DNA of 64,000 nt from a virus. Its lineage: Duplodnaviria; Caudoviricetes. The notes beneath the pieces are model-generated. The model was not told the origin of the DNA, searched no databases, and worked only from the letters and a program-made list of their open reading frames with translations. Shown in pieces: positions 16,308 to 26,254 of this stretch; the first letter of the stretch is position 1; the number at the start of each line of letters is the position of its first letter. The DNA is taken from IMG/VR virus record IMGVR_UViG_3300028888_000064, positions 32,001 through 96,000 of that record, one strand, 5' to 3'. Position numbers and translations under genes: made by a program.

Positions 16308-19106
16308 ATGAAAAATACTCGTTTTATGGAAGCTATGTTCTCCAATACTGATGAAGAACTAGCAAAGCAGGTAGATAGTGACATTAAGTCTGCTCAGGCA
16401 GGTAATGTTGTTGATACCGATGAAGTGAAATATGAAAGAACCGGAAATGGCAATGATGTTGCTATTACCGATAAGGCTAATGGTGAAGTAACTATTGCTC
16501 AAAAGAGTGCTGACGAAGCTGATACCTATGACCTCATCGCTGTTCCGGATGAACAACTGGAAAAGTATGTTCACCCGTCTTCTGATGGAGTTACTCCAGG
16601 TAATCAGGTTGGTGCTCCAGATGAGTATGTTAAGACTCACCTTGATGGACGTTCTGTTATCTCTCCAAATCTTCCAGATGGAGGTTTAAATCCAGACGCC
16701 GGACACGAAAGAAGTGTGACCGAAGTAGATGATGAGCATCAGGATGCTTGTCCTGCCTGTGGTCAGAGTCCTTGCGTATGTGGAGAAGAGGGTAGAGAGT
16801 TTTCAGTAACTTCCGACAATGATGCTTGGCAGAAGATTTTCTCCATGCCACAAGAATTCGTAGACTATCTTTTCAGTGAAGTTATCGAATCTGAGGAAAC
16901 TTCTAAGGTAGGTGACCTGAAAGTAGAGAAGTTGGCTGATGAAGATAATGCGGTTATCGTTACCAGCGAGTCAACTGGTGATCAGGTTAAAGTTAAACTA
17001 GAAGGAGACGAAATGGAAGTTACAGAACTTAACAGTAAGAGTTTTAGCAACGATGAGCAGTTCATGCCATTGTTTGTTATTGGCGTTCAGCCTTATGACC
17101 ATATCATTGTAGATGCACAAGAGTATGGTCAGGAAAGTGCAGAGGAATTAAAGGCACAGCTTGAAGAGGATGGTGTAGAAGCAGTTCAGATTTTTGATAA
17201 TCAGGACGAGGCTCGTGAATACGCTATTAATCTTCTTAATAGTCTTGGTGCTAATCCAGCTGCAGGCGATGTAGATGAACCAGAACTACAGAAGGAGTAT
17301 AGTGAAGCTGTAGGTTCAGTTGTTTATACTACATCATATAGAACAGATGACAGTGTTTTGATGAGTCGTATGTTCTCCGAGGAAGCTCTTGGTGTAGCAG
17401 ATACTCAGGACACTGTAGAAGACGCAATTAAGTCTGGTCAAGAGACCGATATGGATGGCGCAATCGTTATCCCAGTAGATGCCACTAATGCAATTATCCA
17501 GGATGGTGATGAATTTACTAAGGCTACTTTGAATGGTGAAGATATGATTCTTGAAAATATCGATCCAGAAGAGGCACAGGCTATTCTTGGTGATTCTGAT
17601 ATTATGGAATATGAGGCATACGACGATGACGAAGATGACGACGAGAGAGATTTCTCTGATGTTTATACAGATGAGTATGAAACTAAGTTCTTCTCCGAAT
17701 ATGAAGACTTCACTGATTACATGGAAAGACTCTTCTCTGACGAGTCTGATCAAGAGCACATTGAAGATGCTATTGAAAATGGTGAGGAAATCGAGAATGA
17801 AACTGAAATCATCACACCAGTTAGTGCTACTACTGCAGTAGTAGAGGATAAGGAAACTGGTGAGTTTACTAAGGCTGTTCTTGACGACGGTACTATCGAT
17901 GTTCATCCAATTGACAAGGATGAGGCAGAAGATATGATTAAGGACATCAAGGTAGAAGATGAGGTAGACGATGATGAGGAGGATGACGACGAGGAAGACG
18001 AAAAGGAATACTCTGATGTCTATACAGATGATACAGAAACTAGATTCTTCTCTGGAGATGAAGAGTTTACAGACTATATGGAAAGACTCTTTACGGGTGA
18101 ATCTGATCAAGACGTCATCGAAGATGCTATCGAAGGTGGTCAGCAGGTAGAAAATGAGGAGGAAATTATTACTCCAGTGAACAGAAAGACTGCTGTAGTA
18201 GAAGATAAGGGTAATGGCGAATTCTCTAAGGTAACAATTCTCAATGATGATCAAATTAATGTTCATCCAATCTCTGAAGATGAAGCTGATGAGCTTACTG
18301 GTGATCTAGTAGTAGACGATGAAGAGGAAGTTGAACCTGAACAGGGTGAGTTCTCTGATGTTTACACAGATGATACAGAGACTAGATTCTTCTCAGAGGA
18401 TGAAGACTTCACTGATTACATGGAAAGACTCTTTACAGGTGAAGCAGATGAAAAACTTATCGAGGATGCTATCGAAGATGGTCAGCAAGTAGAAAACGAC
18501 GGTGAGGTAATCACCCCAGTTGATTCTAAGACTGCGGTAGTAGAGGATAAGGAAACTGGTGAATTTACTAAGGCAACTCTTAGTGATGATGACATTGATG
18601 TAGAGCCTATTTCTGAAGAGGAAGCTGATGAGCTCACTGAAGACCTTAAGGTAGAGAATACTAAGGAAGAAGAGGATGAAAAGAAGTTCTCTGAGAACAA
18701 CGAGCTTCTCGCTAGATTCTTTGCAGATGCAGGTATTCAGCAAGCACAGCCACAGCAAGTAGTAGCTGCTCAGCCAGTTGCTCCTGCTCCAGCTCCAGCA
18801 GAACAAGTAGTTGTAGACCAAAACGGTAATCCAGTAGATCCTAATGCAGTTCCAGTTGAAGAAGGTGCTCCTGCTCCAACAGTAGAAAATATTGAGGATA
18901 AGGCTCTTGCTGCAATCCAGAGTATTAAGGCTGCAGTAGAAGAAGGTGCTGCTCAGATTATGGAAGCTAAGGCTGCTCCTGCTCCAAATGCAGAACCACA
19001 GATTCAGGAAGCTCAGTTCTCTGATTTCGAGTACTGCGATGACGATGATGATCAAAGAACATTCAGTGAGAATGATACCTTAATCTCTTGGCTAGCTAAT
19101 AAATAA
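16308..19106 (+). CDS. Acidic prohead scaffold/core protein with internal repeats
   Basis: 932 aa, very D/E-rich, directly upstream of the capsid gene; ~115-aa repeats; more than 15 x-[FY]-S motifs. Confidence 0.75.
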   Translation: MKNTRFMEAMFSNTDEELAKQVDSDIKSAQAGNVVDTDEVKYERTGNGNDVAITDKANGEVTIAQKSADEADTYDLIAVPDEQLEKYVHPSSDGVTPGNQVGAPDEYVKTHLDGRSVISPNLPDGGLNPDAGHERSVTEVDDEHQDACPACGQSPCVCGEEGREFSVTSDNDAWQKIFSMPQEFVDYLFSEVIESEETSKVGDLKVEKLADEDNAVIVTSESTGDQVKVKLEGDEMEVTELNSKSFSNDEQFMPLFVIGVQPYDHIIVDAQEYGQESAEELKAQLEEDGVEAVQIFDNQDEAREYAINLLNSLGANPAAGDVDEPELQKEYSEAVGSVVYTTSYRTDDSVLMSRMFSEEALGVADTQDTVEDAIKSGQETDMDGAIVIPVDATNAIIQDGDEFTKATLNGEDMILENIDPEEAQAILGDSDIMEYEAYDDDEDDDERDFSDVYTDEYETKFFSEYEDFTDYMERLFSDESDQEHIEDAIENGEEIENETEIITPVSATTAVVEDKETGEFTKAVLDDGTIDVHPIDKDEAEDMIKDIKVEDEVDDDEEDDDEEDEKEYSDVYTDDTETRFFSGDEEFTDYMERLFTGESDQDVIEDAIEGGQQVENEEEIITPVNRKTAVVEDKGNGEFSKVTILNDDQINVHPISEDEADELTGDLVVDDEEEVEPEQGEFSDVYTDDTETRFFSEDEDFTDYMERLFTGEADEKLIEDAIEDGQQVENDGEVITPVDSKTAVVEDKETGEFTKATLSDDDIDVEPISEEEADELTEDLKVENTKEEEDEKKFSENNELLARFFADAGIQQAQPQQVVAAQPVAPAPAPAEQVVVDQNGNPVDPNAVPVEEGAPAPTVENIEDKALAAIQSIKAAVEEGAAQIMEAKAAPAPNAEPQIQEAQFSDFEYCDDDDDQRTFSENDTLISWLANK
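17650..18690 (+). repeat. Three ~115-aa tandem repeats in the scaffold (plus more diverged upstream copies)
   Basis: [FY]SDVYTD[DE]xETxFFSxxE[DE]FTDYMERLF...IEDAIE.G...ITPV...AVVEDK..GEF occurs three times. Confidence 0.9.
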
Positions 19107-19134
19107 TAACTATTAAAATAATTAATATAATAAT

Positions 19135-20586
19135 ATGACTGATTTTTCGTATCTCATGAGTAATCCTGACATGCAGGTTGCTCTTAGAAATAGTTCAGTA
19201 TCTGCAGAAGATGCTGCAATTCGTGGTAGAGAATATGCAAAGATGTTCTCTCGTAATGCGGAGATGTTGGATACTCTCGGTATGGGCCGTAATTCTAACC
19301 TCCTTCAGAAGACTTTCTCTGGCTATGCAGAGACTCCACTTCTTAGCACTCAGTATTTTAATGCATCTGTTGCTTCTTATGTAAGCTCTTTTGCAGGTTA
19401 CATGAGTATTGAACGTGACTTCGACCAGCCTAATGGCTTGTTCTATTGGTTCGATGTCCTTGGTGTAACAGACCTTCGTCCAGTTATTCCTAACCTTGGT
19501 CCAGATAACTATCAGGATATTCAGACTATGGGTTACTTTGAGCTTGACAATCAGATCGAAAATAGCGGTAGCTATGCTCCAATCGTTGGTCGTAAGTTGA
19601 TCCCAGGTACAGTACGAGTTAAGATCGTTAACAATGATGATACTAAGTCTGAACTCGTAGATGACGGTCAGGGTCACTTCATGGCTGTTCCAGGCGTACT
19701 TGATGCTGCAACAGACGCTACAATCAACTATCTCAGTGGTAATATTACCTTTAAGCTTGCAAACCCAGCAGTAAAATCTGTTAAGGTCGTAGGTAAGGAA
19801 GATGTAACTGGTACTCCTAGCTGCACAACTGGTACTGCAAGTACTCACGCAAATGACAAGCGTTTCATCGCTAAGATGCAGCAGCTCGGTCTTAGCACAG
19901 TTCCTGATATGCTCGTAGCTGAATATAACATTGCAGCTCTCGGCGCACTCAAGAAGGCAACTGGCTCTGATATGGCTACGTTCTTGTTCACTAAGCTTCG
20001 TGAAATCTATACTAAGACTATCAACTATAAGCTAGTAACTACTCTTGAGAATGGTTATACTGGTAACACTATTGATGATCTTGATCTTTCTAATGGTCCT
20101 ACTTCTGGTCTTGCTCAGAATTTCTACGATTATCGTTCTCGTGTAGACCTCTTTGACTCTTTCTTGATCAACGTTGAGTCTGCACTCGCTACAAAGGCAG
20201 TTAAGGGCGTTAAGACCACTGCTTATGTTGCAGGTAATCGTGCAAGTAACCAGTTCCAGAAGGGTGGTATCATCGGTAAGTGGGAATCTAACACTAAGAT
20301 GTCTTATATCAATGACCTCCTTGGCTGGTACAATGGTATTCCAGTACTACGAAGTACAGATATTGCAGAGGAAGATGGCGAAGGTACATTCTACGCTATT
20401 CACAAGACTGCTGATGGTCAGATGGCTCCACTCGCACGTGGTATCTATATGCCTTTGACTGACACTCCAACTATTGGTAACTACAACAACCCTACTCAGA
20501 TGGCTGCTGGTATCTACTACCAGGAAGGTGTTCGAGTAATGGCTCCTGAACTTGTTCAGAAGGTTACATTCAAGGTTGGTTTCTAA
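19135..20586 (+). CDS. Major capsid protein (T4 gp23-like)
   Basis: 483 aa after protease and scaffold; FDQPNGLFYW (cf. gp23 MxxPTGLIF), EIYTKTIN and IYMPL motifs; codon usage typical of a highly expressed gene. Confidence 0.85.
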   Translation: MTDFSYLMSNPDMQVALRNSSVSAEDAAIRGREYAKMFSRNAEMLDTLGMGRNSNLLQKTFSGYAETPLLSTQYFNASVASYVSSFAGYMSIERDFDQPNGLFYWFDVLGVTDLRPVIPNLGPDNYQDIQTMGYFELDNQIENSGSYAPIVGRKLIPGTVRVKIVNNDDTKSELVDDGQGHFMAVPGVLDAATDATINYLSGNITFKLANPAVKSVKVVGKEDVTGTPSCTTGTASTHANDKRFIAKMQQLGLSTVPDMLVAEYNIAALGALKKATGSDMATFLFTKLREIYTKTINYKLVTTLENGYTGNTIDDLDLSNGPTSGLAQNFYDYRSRVDLFDSFLINVESALATKAVKGVKTTAYVAGNRASNQFQKGGIIGKWESNTKMSYINDLLGWYNGIPVLRSTDIAEEDGEGTFYAIHKTADGQMAPLARGIYMPLTDTPTIGNYNNPTQMAAGIYYQEGVRVMAPELVQKVTFKVGF

Positions 20587-20637
20587 TCCTAGGAATTAAT
20601 TTCCCTTAAGTATTATATAGGATTAATATAATATAAA

Positions 20638-20685
20638 GGAGAGGAATTCTTTTGGTTAATGCTGAAAGTTTTCCTCTCCACTTTT
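20638..20685 (+). terminator. Stem-loop/terminator after the capsid gene
   Basis: GGAGAGGAA...TTCCTCTCC followed by ACTTTT. Confidence 0.6.
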
Positions 20686-20697
20686 AATTCACCTTAT

Positions 20698-20997
20698 ATG
20701 TCTGCAATAATAAAATTAAAAAGAAAACAGTTTGGCATATTCAATGTAGGGGCTAATTGGAATATGATGAAAAGCGCAATGAGCCATGCAAGTAAAGGTG
20801 GAGCATTGGCTAATAAGTATAACGCTATGGCTTGGAAGTCTGGTGCAAAAGCAGTAGGAGGTGCAATAGCTAAAACTGGAGCCATTGCAGGAGGCACAGC
20901 TCTTGCGGGAGGTGCTGTTCTTGGTGCAACCGGTTTTGGAGCATGTAATGCACTTTCTGGTGGTATGGGAAGCAGTGATGGATTAGATAATTGGTGA
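20698..20997 (+). CDS. Glycine-zipper protein with leader variant
   Basis: Likely start MSAIIKLKRKQFG; GAIAGGTALAGGAVLGATG. Confidence 0.65.
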   Translation: MSAIIKLKRKQFGIFNVGANWNMMKSAMSHASKGGALANKYNAMAWKSGAKAVGGAIAKTGAIAGGTALAGGAVLGATGFGACNALSGGMGSSDGLDNW

Positions 20998-21001
20998 TAA
21001 T

Positions 21002-21409
21002 ATGATAATTAGAATAAAAAGACAGAAATACTTCAGTGATAATCCCAACAATCCTAATCAGGAAAAAAAGGGTATGGGAACTGGTACTAAGCTTCTTATA
21101 GGTGCTGCTACTACTGCAGGATTATTTGCTGGAGCTAGACGAGGAATGTTAGGTTCTGGTCTTCAGATGTCTACTAATAGACTATGGGCACGTGGTGGAC
21201 ATATGTTAGGTAGTCAAGGAATGGTTAATAGCGCCAGAACAAGGTATTCACAGGGATTCGTTAAGAATCAAATAAAGGCTGGACAAGATGGATTTAGAAA
21301 TGTAAAGACAGATAGTGATGCGTTTAAAAATCTAGTCTCGAATCAAGAAAAAAATCTTGCTAAAAACAGTACATTATTTGGCAATGTTACCCCTCCACCA
21401 GCTAGTTAA
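21002..21409 (+). CDS. Leader-bearing Gly-rich hydrophobic protein
   Basis: MIIRIKRQKYFS; LLIGAATTAGLFAG. Confidence 0.7.
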   Translation: MIIRIKRQKYFSDNPNNPNQEKKGMGTGTKLLIGAATTAGLFAGARRGMLGSGLQMSTNRLWARGGHMLGSQGMVNSARTRYSQGFVKNQIKAGQDGFRNVKTDSDAFKNLVSNQEKNLAKNSTLFGNVTPPPAS

Positions 21410-21438
21410 TAAATAAATATTCGGATTAATCATAAACT

Positions 21439-22521
21439 ATGCCTAACGAAATTATTTATAAAGGGCTTCGCTTAGTAACTGACTGTAAATATTTTCAAGT
21501 AAAAGAGGGAGCTATTAATTCTATGATGGAGGACCCAGTTACCTCTACTTTGAAGATTACCTATTCTCCGGGGAATACAGCGAAATCCTTATCAAATTCC
21601 TTAGGCATACCAATAGTTGGAAAAGGTGATCAGCAAATGGAGTCAATGAGTACTCCATCTAGGATTAAGCACACTTATCTTACAATAAACGGACTGAAAC
21701 TCAAAAAGATATCCTATGGCTCACATATATTTAATATGATTATCGTAGATGATTGTGAGTCTAGGGTAGTTCAAAGTACAGGTTATACTACTATAGTAGT
21801 TTCAAAGGATGATTATAGAAATCCTGAATTTATAAATTTCTTATTTTACTCCGGGAATCTCTTATACTTAAAACCCGAGGGGCAAAAAATTCAAAACTAT
21901 CAGATAAGAAATTTTCCAAAGATCTTAATAAAAGACACTGATATTACGTTAGAGTCTGAGAATATAAATATATATACTCTCCGACGTAGATATAACGATT
22001 ACCTAATAAGGGCAATAGATTATCAAGATCAATTTCTATTGGAAATACGTAGGATTTTAGATGATTATGGCATAGAATTAGTTAGAACTAATAAAGAGAT
22101 GACTTTGTCAAAAACTTCGTATGTAACTTATCAACTAAATCAAACTCCAACAGAATATCAACATCCGGGTAGAAATGATTATATCAGACAGATATTACCT
22201 AGAAAATTACCAATTGAATTTTCATTACACTCAACCGACATGGTACTATTTCATGATTTTAAAAATAAGTTTATTAATGTAAACTTACTAACAAATTTCA
22301 CTGAATTTAGAACTATGGATAGCGCAGGAGATAAGTGGTCTGCTGCGGTTAAGTGGGGACAGATAACAGAAGATTTTAATCATATTTACCAACCAGACGA
22401 TAATTCTAACTTTGCTTTACAGTGTCAATTTAGATGTGAATTATACTTCTACGAGGTATTAGATACAAGGCATGAGTTTCTAAAAGATATCTTAACAAGA
22501 ATAGAAGCTACTGAAAAATAG
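21439..22521 (+). CDS. Hypothetical structural protein (possible head-tail joining/tail completion)
   Basis: 360-aa ORF without leader in the head-neck region; function positional only. Confidence 0.4.
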   Translation: MPNEIIYKGLRLVTDCKYFQVKEGAINSMMEDPVTSTLKITYSPGNTAKSLSNSLGIPIVGKGDQQMESMSTPSRIKHTYLTINGLKLKKISYGSHIFNMIIVDDCESRVVQSTGYTTIVVSKDDYRNPEFINFLFYSGNLLYLKPEGQKIQNYQIRNFPKILIKDTDITLESENINIYTLRRRYNDYLIRAIDYQDQFLLEIRRILDDYGIELVRTNKEMTLSKTSYVTYQLNQTPTEYQHPGRNDYIRQILPRKLPIEFSLHSTDMVLFHDFKNKFINVNLLTNFTEFRTMDSAGDKWSAAVKWGQITEDFNHIYQPDDNSNFALQCQFRCELYFYEVLDTRHEFLKDILTRIEATEK

Positions 22522-22533
22522 ATCAAATAAGAT

Positions 22534-22920
22534 ATGATTACATTTAAGAGGAAAGCATTAGAGACCGATATGGTTCCAGAAGCCATTAAGCACTTAGAGT
22601 CTGAAAAAATAGATTTTAATGTTATTTCCCAAAAAGAGGCAGAAGCTGCTAGTAAAGTAAATGCTAAATCTATGGTTCTCATGTCTTTCGTCAAAACAGA
22701 GAAAGGATTTTATCAGATTACTGTTAAAGATAAGGAGTTTTACAATTATACGAAAAAACTCTTAAGTGATCCTAATTATTGTAGAATGAGAATCGTAGAT
22801 GAAGATAGAAATAAAAGAACGGTTACCGTAGAAACAAATCACCTAGGAATAGTCTTAGATGTGATTGAAATTCTAGGTATTAAATACAATTTGTCTATTG
22901 TAAAGGATGATAAAGTTTAG
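22534..22920 (+). CDS. Hypothetical protein with leader variant
   Basis: MITFKRK start. Confidence 0.6.
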   Translation: MITFKRKALETDMVPEAIKHLESEKIDFNVISQKEAEAASKVNAKSMVLMSFVKTEKGFYQITVKDKEFYNYTKKLLSDPNYCRMRIVDEDRNKRTVTVETNHLGIVLDVIEILGIKYNLSIVKDDKV

Positions 22921-23659
22921 ACAAAAGATCTTCTCAGAGTATGATGCAATGAGAAGTCTTTACGTAGAAATAATGAAGCGACTCAATGGTGACAGAAGAA
23001 GATTTCCTATTATCACTATGAACGAACTTCCTGCTATTCTTAGGGGAAATAATGTAGTTATTGAGCGTTTCGTAATAAGTACTTCCTTTTTTAATAAAGA
23101 TAAATATAGGATGTACTTAAAAATAGGCGCAAGAGCTAAATTACCAGACGAAGTAAGATTACCTGGAAAATATTATGATAATAGATTGGCGAATGCTAAG
23201 GTAAGAATTAGTCCATCTATTCAAAATAGAGGTAATTGGAATAAATGGGTGGATGAAGTTCCTTCGAAATCTCAAGAAACTCAAGATCTTTTCGTGGATC
23301 CAAAGGATACTAAGACAGATAACTCTAGAAATGGAAAAGGTCGAGTTAAATTCGAGGAGAAACGGAAATCTGAGACAGATTCTGTGATGTATGGTTTAGA
23401 ACAGAGGTTGTTTGATGATAAGAATAAGAAAGGTAACAATAACAACAATAATGATGCTGGTGCTAAAATTTTATCTGCAGAAATTAACCCATATGTTGAT
23501 ATTGTTTATTACGTTCACAAACTTCTCGGAGAAGCAATTAAGTATGATAAGAAAGCAAGAACTTTAGTTCTTGAATTTGAATCAATTTCGGATGCCATTG
23601 ACGCTCTTAATATTTTACCATTTGGGATAAATTACAATATCTATTTATTAAATGCATAA
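22907..23659 (+). CDS. Leader-bearing hypothetical protein
   Basis: MIKFRQKIFS; internal QRLFD; poly-Asn linker. Confidence 0.7.
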   Translation: MIKFRQKIFSEYDAMRSLYVEIMKRLNGDRRRFPIITMNELPAILRGNNVVIERFVISTSFFNKDKYRMYLKIGARAKLPDEVRLPGKYYDNRLANAKVRISPSIQNRGNWNKWVDEVPSKSQETQDLFVDPKDTKTDNSRNGKGRVKFEEKRKSETDSVMYGLEQRLFDDKNKKGNNNNNNDAGAKILSAEINPYVDIVYYVHKLLGEAIKYDKKARTLVLEFESISDAIDALNILPFGINYNIYLLNA

Positions 23660-23884
23660 ATGATTTTACTACGGAATAGAAATTTCTCTGGAACTAATAT
23701 ACTTAATACAAGTGGTGCTACTGGATTTATCAGAGGGAGAAAATATGATACTGATCTTGATAGGCTTGGTAGAATGAACACTTCTCATAGAGAAATGGCT
23801 AGAGTAGGTGATTTATCTAGAGAAATGAGAGAAATGTCTTCAGAATTAAATAGAGGACTAAGACAAAAAGATTTAAGAGATTAA
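23660..23884 (+). CDS. Leader-bearing small protein
   Basis: MILLRNRNFS. Confidence 0.7.
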   Translation: MILLRNRNFSGTNILNTSGATGFIRGRKYDTDLDRLGRMNTSHREMARVGDLSREMREMSSELNRGLRQKDLRD

Positions 23885-23888
23885 TATT

Positions 23889-24191
23889 ATGGCGACATAC
23901 AGACTAAAAAGGAAAACCTATGGAATTGCTGAAGCTGCAGGAAATACTATTGGTGGAATAGTAGGAGGTACTGGTAAAGCTCTTGACTCTACTCCAGCTG
24001 CAGTGGCTGGTGGTTTGGCTGGAGGTCACTTTATTGGAGGAGCAATAACAAGCGGCCTTGCATCTACTGGAGTCCTTGGATCAGCGCTAGCTGGACCACT
24101 TGGCTGGTTAGTCGGAGCTGGTATTGGTGCAGCTGCTACTAGAGGACTTGGTAAGGGTCTTAAGGGCGCCGCTAATGAATTGCAAACCTGA
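23889..24191 (+). CDS. Glycine-zipper protein with leader variant
   Basis: MATYRLKRKTYG; long GxxxG runs. Confidence 0.7.
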   Translation: MATYRLKRKTYGIAEAAGNTIGGIVGGTGKALDSTPAAVAGGLAGGHFIGGAITSGLASTGVLGSALAGPLGWLVGAGIGAAATRGLGKGLKGAANELQT

Positions 24192-24209
24192 TAAACTAAT
24201 AGTGGCGCA

Positions 24210-25295
24210 ATGATTAGGTTTAAACAAAAAAACTTCTTTTTGCAGTTTGCAGGGATGGCAGCTATGACTGCTCTTCCTATGATGCAAGCAAGTGCACAGG
24301 GAAAAGAGGCCAAAGAACAAGCTGAACAGAGTGCTGCACAGATGGAAAAGCAAAATGAGTTAATTAAACAGCAAAACAAACAAATTGAAAAATTAGCTAT
24401 GAAAAATCCAAAAGCAGCTGCAGAATTTGGTAGAATAAAACAAGTAACCTATTCTATAGGTTCTACGCTAATGGGTCTTGGTCGAGCAAGTAAAGCTGCG
24501 TTCGGTTCTGGAGCAGCTAGTAATATAAAAATGGGACTTGGAATGGCTGGTGCAGGCTATTTGGCTAATAAGTACATTAGTCACGATATGAAGAAGAATG
24601 GACTAGACTATGACCAAGACGGAAATTTGATATCTACTAAAAATTACTCTGACCAAGCCACAGAAGTAGCTAAAAAATCTCTAGGAAAACGAATAGGTGG
24701 ACCACTCTTCAGTGTAGGCACAACATTAGCTTTAGGTGGTGGAATGGATATTATGGGTTATCAAGCTGATAAGAAAATGTTAAAAGATCAATTAGCTGCA
24801 ACTAATAATCCACAACAAGTTCCACAAACAACTACATACTCTGTAGTAGTTCCTAGACCAAAAAATAGAGCTAAACAGAAACTATTCTTTGCACTCAATC
24901 CTGCGGGTTTGTTTAAAAATATAGGAACGAGCGCACGAAATACTCTTAGTGGTTGGAAAACAGGCACACGCAACTATTTCAAAGATTGGAAAACTAATAT
25001 TTCTGGAACTGTTTCTAATTTTGCATCTTTTGGATTAGGTGGAACAAAGAATGTTCAGAAATTTGGAGAAAGTCTTAGAGCAGAGGGCGGAACCTTAGGG
25101 AAAGTTGGAGATTGGATTAAAGAGCACCCAGCTAGAGCTAACCTAGTTACCGCAGTACCTCTGGTAGGAGCTGCTTCACTTACTTGGGATGGAGCCACTA
25201 AAGCTGGAGAAGCTGTTGGCAGAAAAATAGATCCATCCGCATATAAATATAAAGACGCAAAGGAGAATGCGGCAAAACAACAATTACAACAATAA
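24210..25295 (+). CDS. Leader-bearing Gly/Ala-rich multi-segment protein (possible polyprotein)
   Basis: MIRFKQKNFF; internal QVTYS, TKNYS, TTTYS and KQKLFF sites between hydrophobic segments. Confidence 0.7.
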   Translation: MIRFKQKNFFLQFAGMAAMTALPMMQASAQGKEAKEQAEQSAAQMEKQNELIKQQNKQIEKLAMKNPKAAAEFGRIKQVTYSIGSTLMGLGRASKAAFGSGAASNIKMGLGMAGAGYLANKYISHDMKKNGLDYDQDGNLISTKNYSDQATEVAKKSLGKRIGGPLFSVGTTLALGGGMDIMGYQADKKMLKDQLAATNNPQQVPQTTTYSVVVPRPKNRAKQKLFFALNPAGLFKNIGTSARNTLSGWKTGTRNYFKDWKTNISGTVSNFASFGLGGTKNVQKFGESLRAEGGTLGKVGDWIKEHPARANLVTAVPLVGAASLTWDGATKAGEAVGRKIDPSAYKYKDAKENAAKQQLQQ

Positions 25296-25308
25296 TAATA
25301 ATTTAACT

Positions 25309-25716
25309 ATGATTATTCTTAGAACTAAACAGTTTACTAAGTGGGACGAAACAGACCACCTAAAGGCCATGAAGGATTCTGATATTCTGGCTGAAAAGAA
25401 AAGAGATACAACTTCAGCTGGATCGATGATTCGCTCTGGCGTAGCTGGTGCTAGTATTGGTGCAGGCATTAGTGCAGGCGGCGCTTTGGCTGCAAAAGCT
25501 CTTGGTTATAAAGTCGGCGCAAGGAGAGCTGGTCTAGCAGGTGCAGCTATTGGTGCAGGCATTGGTGCTACAGCTTCTTGGTTAAAGAATAGAAAGAAGA
25601 ATAATGAGAATCGATTCTACAACCAACGTCTTGCATATGCACAGCGTCAAGCACTAAGACGTGAAAGAAAAGATTGGAAAGTAGGAATGACCCAACGTGA
25701 TGGCTACTCGTATTAA
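25309..25716 (+). CDS. Leader-bearing glycine-zipper protein
   Basis: Likely start MIILRTKQFT at 25309; GVAGASIGAGISAGG...GLAGAAIGAGIG. Confidence 0.75.
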   Translation: MIILRTKQFTKWDETDHLKAMKDSDILAEKKRDTTSAGSMIRSGVAGASIGAGISAGGALAAKALGYKVGARRAGLAGAAIGAGIGATASWLKNRKKNNENRFYNQRLAYAQRQALRRERKDWKVGMTQRDGYSY

Positions 25717-26008
25717 ATTGCCGAGAAAAGCGTTTGATTATATAAATGAACATCCGGCAGCAATCTCAGTACCAGCACTAGGTATATCTAGTGCTGGGCT
25801 AGTAATAAATACAAAAAAGCAAAACAAGAATATCGAATTACAGAATAAGCAATTGGAAGCGATGAGTAAATTAACAAACTCATTGAACAAAGTTGATAAG
25901 ACTGTAAAAAATAGTCTTGTAGAAAAGGATAATAAAAATAATCGTAAGAAGAGTGAAAGTGTATTGGCTAATCTCTTCGAAAATATAAAGAAAAATAATG
26001 AACGATAA
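25700..26008 (+). CDS. Small protein with hydrophobic segment and coiled coil, leader variant
   Basis: MATRIKLPRKAFD. Confidence 0.6.
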   Translation: MATRIKLPRKAFDYINEHPAAISVPALGISSAGLVINTKKQNKNIELQNKQLEAMSKLTNSLNKVDKTVKNSLVEKDNKNNRKKSESVLANLFENIKKNNER

Positions 26009-26246
26009 CGAAGTTGAAGTTGTAGTTAATGATTTTCTTTCGTCTGCAGATGATGTATTGAAGAATGAAAATTCTACGTTCACTACAAGAACCGCTCAGA
26101 AAGTTGAGCTTGATTACGTAGTACCTGTAAACAAGGACTTGGTAGGTGAGCCTATTCATGCAGGTATTTGGGATGAGACTACAGGTGAGGTAGTGTCTTC
26201 AGTTTCTGATGAAGAAGAAGCAGAGCCTGCTGGACCAAATTCATAA
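25998..26246 (+). CDS. Small acidic hypothetical protein
   Basis: 82-aa D/E-rich ORF. Confidence 0.6.
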   Translation: MNDNEVEVVVNDFLSSADDVLKNENSTFTTRTAQKVELDYVVPVNKDLVGEPIHAGIWDETTGEVVSSVSDEEEAEPAGPNS

Positions 26247-26254
26247 AATAATCA

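Noticed and set aside
4440-20640. T4-type late promoter TATAAATA
   Set aside because: Only loose TATATAA-like matches (e.g. ~5271, ~20630) in very AT-rich DNA; they cannot be told from background by eye.
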